A DNA stretch of 64,000 nucleotides from a virus. Lineage: Duplodnaviria > Heunggongvirae > Uroviricota > Caudoviricetes. Below the pieces are notes generated by a model, which did no database searches, was not told the DNA's origin, and was given only the letters and a program-made list of their open reading frames with translations. The stretch spans positions 128,001-192,000 of IMG/VR virus record IMGVR_UViG_2799112330_000002; one strand, written 5' to 3'. The position numbers and the translations under genes were made by a program. This document shows positions 59,701-64,000 of this stretch, in pieces. Each line of letters begins with the position of its first letter. The stretch's first letter is position 1.

Positions 59701-62700
59701 TCCCAATCTATAGGAATTTGTAGTTTTGCAATATCTTTGATGCCTTGTCCAACATTTCCAATTAATTCAGAAATTCTAAATGACAAATCAATAACTTGAG
59801 ATATCTTTGATTTTGTAGCACCTAATCCAAATAATCCATTAGAATCTCCAGCAAGTAAATTATCCCATTCTGCTTTTGATATACCTGAATTATTATCATT
59901 CAAAAATTCACCACTGGCAATCTTTCCTAATGTAGTAAACATTGTTGTGAGTACTGTTGTAATGTTTGTTCCTGCATCAGTAAAATCTTTTTTCCTTAAT
60001 TGTCTAAATGATATTGGTTTTCCTTGATCATTCCATTCAATAGGTATTTGTAGTTGAGCAATATTTCCAACAGCTTCACCAACAGAACTTATTACTTTAC
60101 TAACCTTCATTGACAAATTCATTATTCTAGATAATGGATCTTCACCAATCAATCCTAATACAAATGAATTTGCAAAACTAAATCCAGAACCTTCTAATTC
60201 AGTATAAACCTTATTAAGTTCTTTAACCATTGTTGTCAATATTGTTCCAACATGCTGACCAGCTAAATCAAAATCAGTTTCTCGTAATTGTCTATATCTA
60301 ACAATATTTCCTTTTTCATCCCATTCAGCTGGGATTTGAAGTTTTGCTATTTCATAAATTGATTTTCCAACTGTTCCTGTGATATATGCTATCTTTCTTG
60401 ATATTGACATTAAGTAAAGAAGTTTCATTTCCATCTTACCTGCACCAACAACTTTACCAATTGCTTTTCCAATCCAATTATTACCAACAGCATTAGCAAT
60501 TTCGCTATCTGATGGCATTGAGACTTTATTTGGAATATTCATGAAGTTTTCAATATTTGAAGATATTGTATCTATTCCAGATTTTAGATCAATGTTTTGT
60601 ATTGACTTAACTGCTTCTGCCATCATTGAGACAGTATCTGTTATTCCTCTTATAGTTCTTCTAATAGGTATTACACTAAATGCGGTTGCTACAGCAATAG
60701 GAGCAATTTTAGATATTCCTTCAAACAATTTGAGCATTGAACCAGCCTTAGGATCTTTATTTGTAACAGTCAAAGACAATTTATTGATACTATCTGTTAT
60801 AGTATTTCCATGTTTCTTCATGATGTCATTAACATAAGCAATAGAACTACCATAGATGAACAGTATTTCACCCATAGCTATTAATGTAGCTCCACCTGCC
60901 GCAACTGGAATACCGATTAATGGATTTGCTACAAGTGAACCAATTGCCCAGAAGAATGCCCCATAAGCTCCAACAGAAGCAACAAATAAAGCCATGTTAG
61001 CAAAAAATTCTCCAAAACTTATTTCATTGAAAAGACTATTTAGATAGAATAATGAACTGCCATATATTGCAAGAGTGAGACTCATAAGAATAAGTATACC
61101 ATTAGCAAGTAGCATATCTGTTTTGTCTATGCCTTTAGCTGCTAATGACATTAATTTAAGTGTACCAACCATTATAAGTTCCATAAGGCCAACCTTAGCA
61201 ACCGTATCAAATCCTATTTTCATTTGATCAATCAACCAAACTACTCCGCTAAATACTCCTAATGATAGACTTATTTCGCCAATTATTATTGATGCTTCTC
61301 TAACTTCCTTTTCTTTTAATGATATCTTAGATTTTCCTGTTAACAACTCATAGAATTTACCTAAAGCAAACATTAATGCTGTCATGACTGCAACTTTTAC
61401 AAGAACCAATGCTTCTGTAGGATCCTCAAATGGGAACATCTCATCAATAGCTTTTACAACACCAGCAAATATAAGTAATGATCCAGATATGAGAGCTAAT
61501 GTTTTTGCTCCTTCTTGTACATCCTTCTGGTGTTCATCAAGTGTCTTCATTATAGCTATTATTGACCATGTAAATCCTGCTAATAAAGCAGCATAGCCAC
61601 CAACAACTAATGGTCCATATTGACTCATAAATGTCGCACCACTTAAGATGATGAAATGCATAGCACCAACAAATAGCATGAATCCCATAAGTCCTGATCC
61701 CTTGGTTGCTGAAGTAAGAGATCCCGCTATGCCACCTTTACTTATTCCCATTACAGATAAAGTCTTGATTGCCTGAATAGCAGCAATTGGAATTAGCATC
61801 ATATCAACAAAGGCAGTAATAAGACCAGCATAAAGAATTGCAGATCCCCAGGCATTAGCAGTCTTCATATATGCTGTACCTGTCAATAGAATACCATGCA
61901 TTACTGCAACAAACAAGGAGAATGGTTTAAGACTATCTAAAGCCCTTTTATCAAAACCATCTGTTATTCTTTTAGAAGCTAATCCCATACCAGCAATAAA
62001 TCCATCAAATACTGCCGCGTATTCAGCACCAGCTAGTACTCCGTATTTCTTTGTAAACAATATACCTGTTGTCAATATACCATGCATTGTTGCTAAGAAT
62101 ATTGAGAACGGTTTGAGACTATCTAATGTTTTCTTGTTAAATAATTCAATAATTGTTTCGGATACTTTACCCATGTATTTAATGAATCCTAACAATACAG
62201 TAGCATATTCAATAGCAGCCAATGCTCCAAATTTCTTTATGAATGTTGCCCCCATTACTAAGCATCCTGTACAAACAGCAAGGAATAGACTAAATTGCTC
62301 CATTTGAGCTGCAGTAGAAGATTTAAGTAATGAATTGATTGGCTTTGTTGCAGCAATAACACCAACAATAAATAATGCTAATAGTTTTGTATAGTCTAAA
62401 GCATATTTTGCCATCATGCCGTTCTTCATTGACATAAACAATGACCCTACTAATAGGCATGTTGTAGTGGTGAACATAAATAATGCAAATGTCTTTAATG
62501 ATGCTAATGCCGTTCCCTTTACAAGATTAAACAATAAGAATGGAGCAATTACACCAGCTTCAAATAGCATCAATAATCCTGTAAATTCTAATGCCGCTTT
62601 AACATATTTGCCTCCCTTCAATTCCATGAACAAAGCACCAACTAGTAAAATGATTGTACAAGATACAATTACAGAATTAAATGCTTTAAGACCACTGAAT

Positions 62701-64000
62701 ATTTGTCCATTGATCATGCTAAATAATAAGAACGGAGCAACTACTAATGCTTCAAATGTCATTAACAATAGACCAAATGCTAATGCATTGACAACAAATT
62801 TACCACCACCCATTTCTATGAATAATGCACCAATTGAAAGTACTATAGTACAAACTATTATTAATGAGGTAAATTCAGTTATTGATCTATCTACACCATC
62901 TGAATACTGAGAATATAGAATGAATGGAGCAATGACTAATGCCTCAAATGCCATTAATACTAAGCCAAATTTCAAAGCATTTTCAACCATCTTACCATTA
63001 CTCATACTCATAAACAAAGCACCAACCAATAAGATAGTTGTACATGTTATAAGGAATGAGTTGAAATCTCTTAATGTTGGGAACAACTTATTTGCTTCAT
63101 TTTTGAATATCATGAATGGTAATACTACTAATGCTTCAAATATCATTAGAACAACACCAAACTTCAATGCATTCTTGACAAGTGCTCCATTACTTAATCC
63201 CATGAACAAAGCACCAATGAGCATTACCATTGTACAAGTAACAACAAATGAATTTAGATCTTTTAGTCCCTTTATTGCATCTGAACTGTATTTCTTAAAC
63301 AATAATATTGGGGCAATTATTAATGATTCAAATACGGCTAATGTTACGCCAAACAATAATGCATTTTCAACAAACTTACCACCACCCATCATCATAAATA
63401 ATGCACCAATTGACATTACAATAGTAGAAGTTATCATGAATGAGTTAAGTCCTTCTATTGTTACCAATGATTCTTTGATTTCCTTTTGATGATTATTTAC
63501 ATCTACAGCAGTTTCAACAATTGTATGATTAACATTTTTGATTTTTTGTGCAGCTGCTTCCGCTTGATCTGCTGACTGCCCAAGAACACTTATCTTTTGA
63601 ATCATTTCATTGAACAAATCAATATTTTCTTTCAATGATTTGACATTTTCTTTGTCAAAATCAAAGAATGTTTGAATAATGTTCATGAAATTCGTCAACG
63701 CTTTAACAGTTTTCTTGTCATCACTTAACTTAACTAATTTCAAAAGACTATCAAGTGCATCATCATTTAATCCTGATATAATAAGTTCAACTTGCATCTT
63801 TTGATCAGGTAATTTGTTCTTAAGAAGTGACTTATTTGCCTTTATTAGATCTCCAATACTTGTCTTTAGATCATTAACAATTGTCTTAAATTCAGGATCA
63901 ACATTAGTTGTAACTGTATTAGGAATTAGTTCATCAAACTTTAAAGTCTTTAGATTCTCTAAATTGTCATTTAATGTTGATAAATTAGCTGAAATATTAG
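56736..64000 (-). CDS. Tape measure protein, 5' end beyond the window
   Basis: The frame stays open upstream of 63797 to the window edge (>2400 aa). Many hydrophobic helical repeats (ALxFGxxLxxFEALVxxPF) and IAKLQIPxxWDDKGxP repeats. Confidence 0.75.
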   Translation of the reverse strand, partial: NISANLSTLNDNLENLKTLKFDELIPNTVTTNVDPEFKTIVNDLKTSIGDLIKANKSLLKNKLPDQKMQVELIISGLNDDALDSLLKLVKLSDDKKTVKALTNFMNIIQTFFDFDKENVKSLKENIDLFNEMIQKISVLGQSADQAEAAAQKIKNVNHTIVETAVDVNNHQKEIKESLVTIEGLNSFMITSTIVMSIGALFMMMGGGKFVENALLFGVTLAVFESLIIAPILLFKKYSSDAIKGLKDLNSFVVTCTMVMLIGALFMGLSNGALVKNALKFGVVLMIFEALVVLPFMIFKNEANKLFPTLRDFNSFLITCTTILLVGALFMSMSNGKMVENALKFGLVLMAFEALVIAPFILYSQYSDGVDRSITEFTSLIIVCTIVLSIGALFIEMGGGKFVVNALAFGLLLMTFEALVVAPFLLFSMINGQIFSGLKAFNSVIVSCTIILLVGALFMELKGGKYVKAALEFTGLLMLFEAGVIAPFLLFNLVKGTALASLKTFALFMFTTTTCLLVGSLFMSMKNGMMAKYALDYTKLLALFIVGVIAATKPINSLLKSSTAAQMEQFSLFLAVCTGCLVMGATFIKKFGALAAIEYATVLLGFIKYMGKVSETIIELFNKKTLDSLKPFSIFLATMHGILTTGILFTKKYGVLAGAEYAAVFDGFIAGMGLASKRITDGFDKRALDSLKPFSLFVAVMHGILLTGTAYMKTANAWGSAILYAGLITAFVDMMLIPIAAIQAIKTLSVMGISKGGIAGSLTSATKGSGLMGFMLFVGAMHFIILSGATFMSQYGPLVVGGYAALLAGFTWSIIAIMKTLDEHQKDVQEGAKTLALISGSLLIFAGVVKAIDEMFPFEDPTEALVLVKVAVMTALMFALGKFYELLTGKSKISLKEKEVREASIIIGEISLSLGVFSGVVWLIDQMKIGFDTVAKVGLMELIMVGTLKLMSLAAKGIDKTDMLLANGILILMSLTLAIYGSSLFYLNSLFNEISFGEFFANMALFVASVGAYGAFFWAIGSLVANPLIGIPVAAGGATLIAMGEILFIYGSSIAYVNDIMKKHGNTITDSINKLSLTVTNKDPKAGSMLKLFEGISKIAPIAVATAFSVIPIRRTIRGITDTVSMMAEAVKSIQNIDLKSGIDTISSNIENFMNIPNKVSMPSDSEIANAVGNNWIGKAIGKVVGAGKMEMKLLYLMSISRKIAYITGTVGKSIYEIAKLQIPAEWDEKGNIVRYRQLRETDFDLAGQHVGTILTTMVKELNKVYTELEGSGFSFANSFVLGLIGEDPLSRIMNLSMKVSKVISSVGEAVGNIAQLQIPIEWNDQGKPISFRQLRKKDFTDAGTNITTVLTTMFTTLGKIASGEFLNDNNSGISKAEWDNLLAGDSNGLFGLGATKSKISQVIDLSFRISELIGNVGQGIKDIAKLQIPIDWDDKGHPTEYKTLNSNDFNDMGKSVGNILTAVISSLANLYYKPIDGEDGITVGSLFDGNDGVFGIGKKNSKIGTVVETSFKVSELIANVGKGIKDIAKLQVPNDWDDKGHPISYVDVTPEDFRASGEAIGSIITSILDSLVKYAGDERFTDGTMKTVLESIMPVNELVSGMADGIIKLANNQIPYKWDPKTGKPIEFREMKEDDYKNAAINVAAIAIGIGKALVDTFSKNPYKQFLFTADNQPTGNLKEVVDSVSGISKIVSNTTDAIVKIANALVPSHYDPKTGQPDKWEKLNMTEIQTALSTTIKQIVTSVSTTLIGVVEKNPHLFKEGKDSLFGQAVSSISGITKIVANIVDSVVKIGTAQIPKKINDQGQVIEYEKINIKTVIDNIKKTIPDMITSIGKSLISSYDTLQKQQIDQKLPGILHVNDSINKIIKKSANTLKEIAEMKIANGYDKDGNAKGYISFKEDQITQAKSKARHIISSLLTIFDEDTAKNEKAIAIDDVTLKNLINTSAQIQSAITEITTTIKSVINSFKPILENTDVISQLFKYKQQSKANIESTIGLFADIHDIFISFVKLQDLISGQSADQTIKQLYNENVRKQNEESNQIIVNSLQDVADTVQEIIDISAEIIDSYTGKIDLAKINYIKDNKKGTNIITDILEKFYDPILTLFRTWEADNSLLKNVLIDINTVNATLNTLLTGIKLSVNKNTIDSINNFKAAIDQIVVTMENSKKIEPTIISALQQNLTNLAKVFDIDIETSWGKTNLDIVSESLGKYIDTVIRFNPMALMNASTLRISIEQIYSSMSSQKSTNTFKANTDLLAKYVKTINSIDLRRTNALTQLVRELNELAKKMGNLDNLTDALANRLSYVLNELANRLEESKETINKADEIQIRRHSKITEAIKNVQTLIQQPLNIVVKSQAPDDTPNPDNGDEGGDTGGSTPGNPIKVVPPNNPNGQGGTTPDSAKQAQDANKYNIKNKANGQGKH

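Noticed and set aside
56739-63489. Several plus-strand ORFs within the tape measure gene
   Set aside because: Antisense shadows caused by biased codon usage.
1-64000. Stop-codon reassignment (TAG to Gln) as in Lak megaphages
   Set aside because: Genes up to 2865 aa are intact in the standard code, coding density is high, and TAG ends genes next to terminators (44440, 56050, 56077).

Overview
This window is a very AT-rich segment of a large (jumbo/mega-type) tailed phage with T4-like head genes (gp2 and gp4 homologues). A Prevotella/Bacteroides-type OmpA and several Bacteroidales-style domains suggest a Bacteroidales host. It reads cleanly in the standard genetic code. Minus-strand operons are mostly virion genes: a >1743-aa tail-associated protein ending in an intact GH2 glycosidase, tail fibres up to 2865 aa, LRR/Ig adhesins and a >2400-aa tape measure. 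About 11 proteins, all but one on the minus strand, carry a T4 internal-protein-like N-terminal capsid-targeting tag. Five of the minus-strand operons are preceded by the identical 17-mer TTATTTTTAATTATATA. Plus-strand operons are mostly metabolic, host-interaction or lysis genes. The best candidate for an undescribed system is the nine-gene operon at 14291-22587, which looks like a self-contained cytosine hypermodification pathway using an unusual sugar. It encodes a dNMP kinase, two dCMP-hydroxymethylase paralogues, an epimerase with the D-allulose-6-phosphate (AlsE) signature, a nucleotidyltransferase-kinase fusion, a GT-A transferase, a T4 beta-glucosyltransferase-like transferase, a KdsC-like phosphatase and an atypical C5-methyltransferase. 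A second highlight is a G7 tract that splits one tail-fibre-adjacent gene into two ORFs, a phase-variation or frameshift candidate. All functional calls come from motif recognition by eye; no searches were run.
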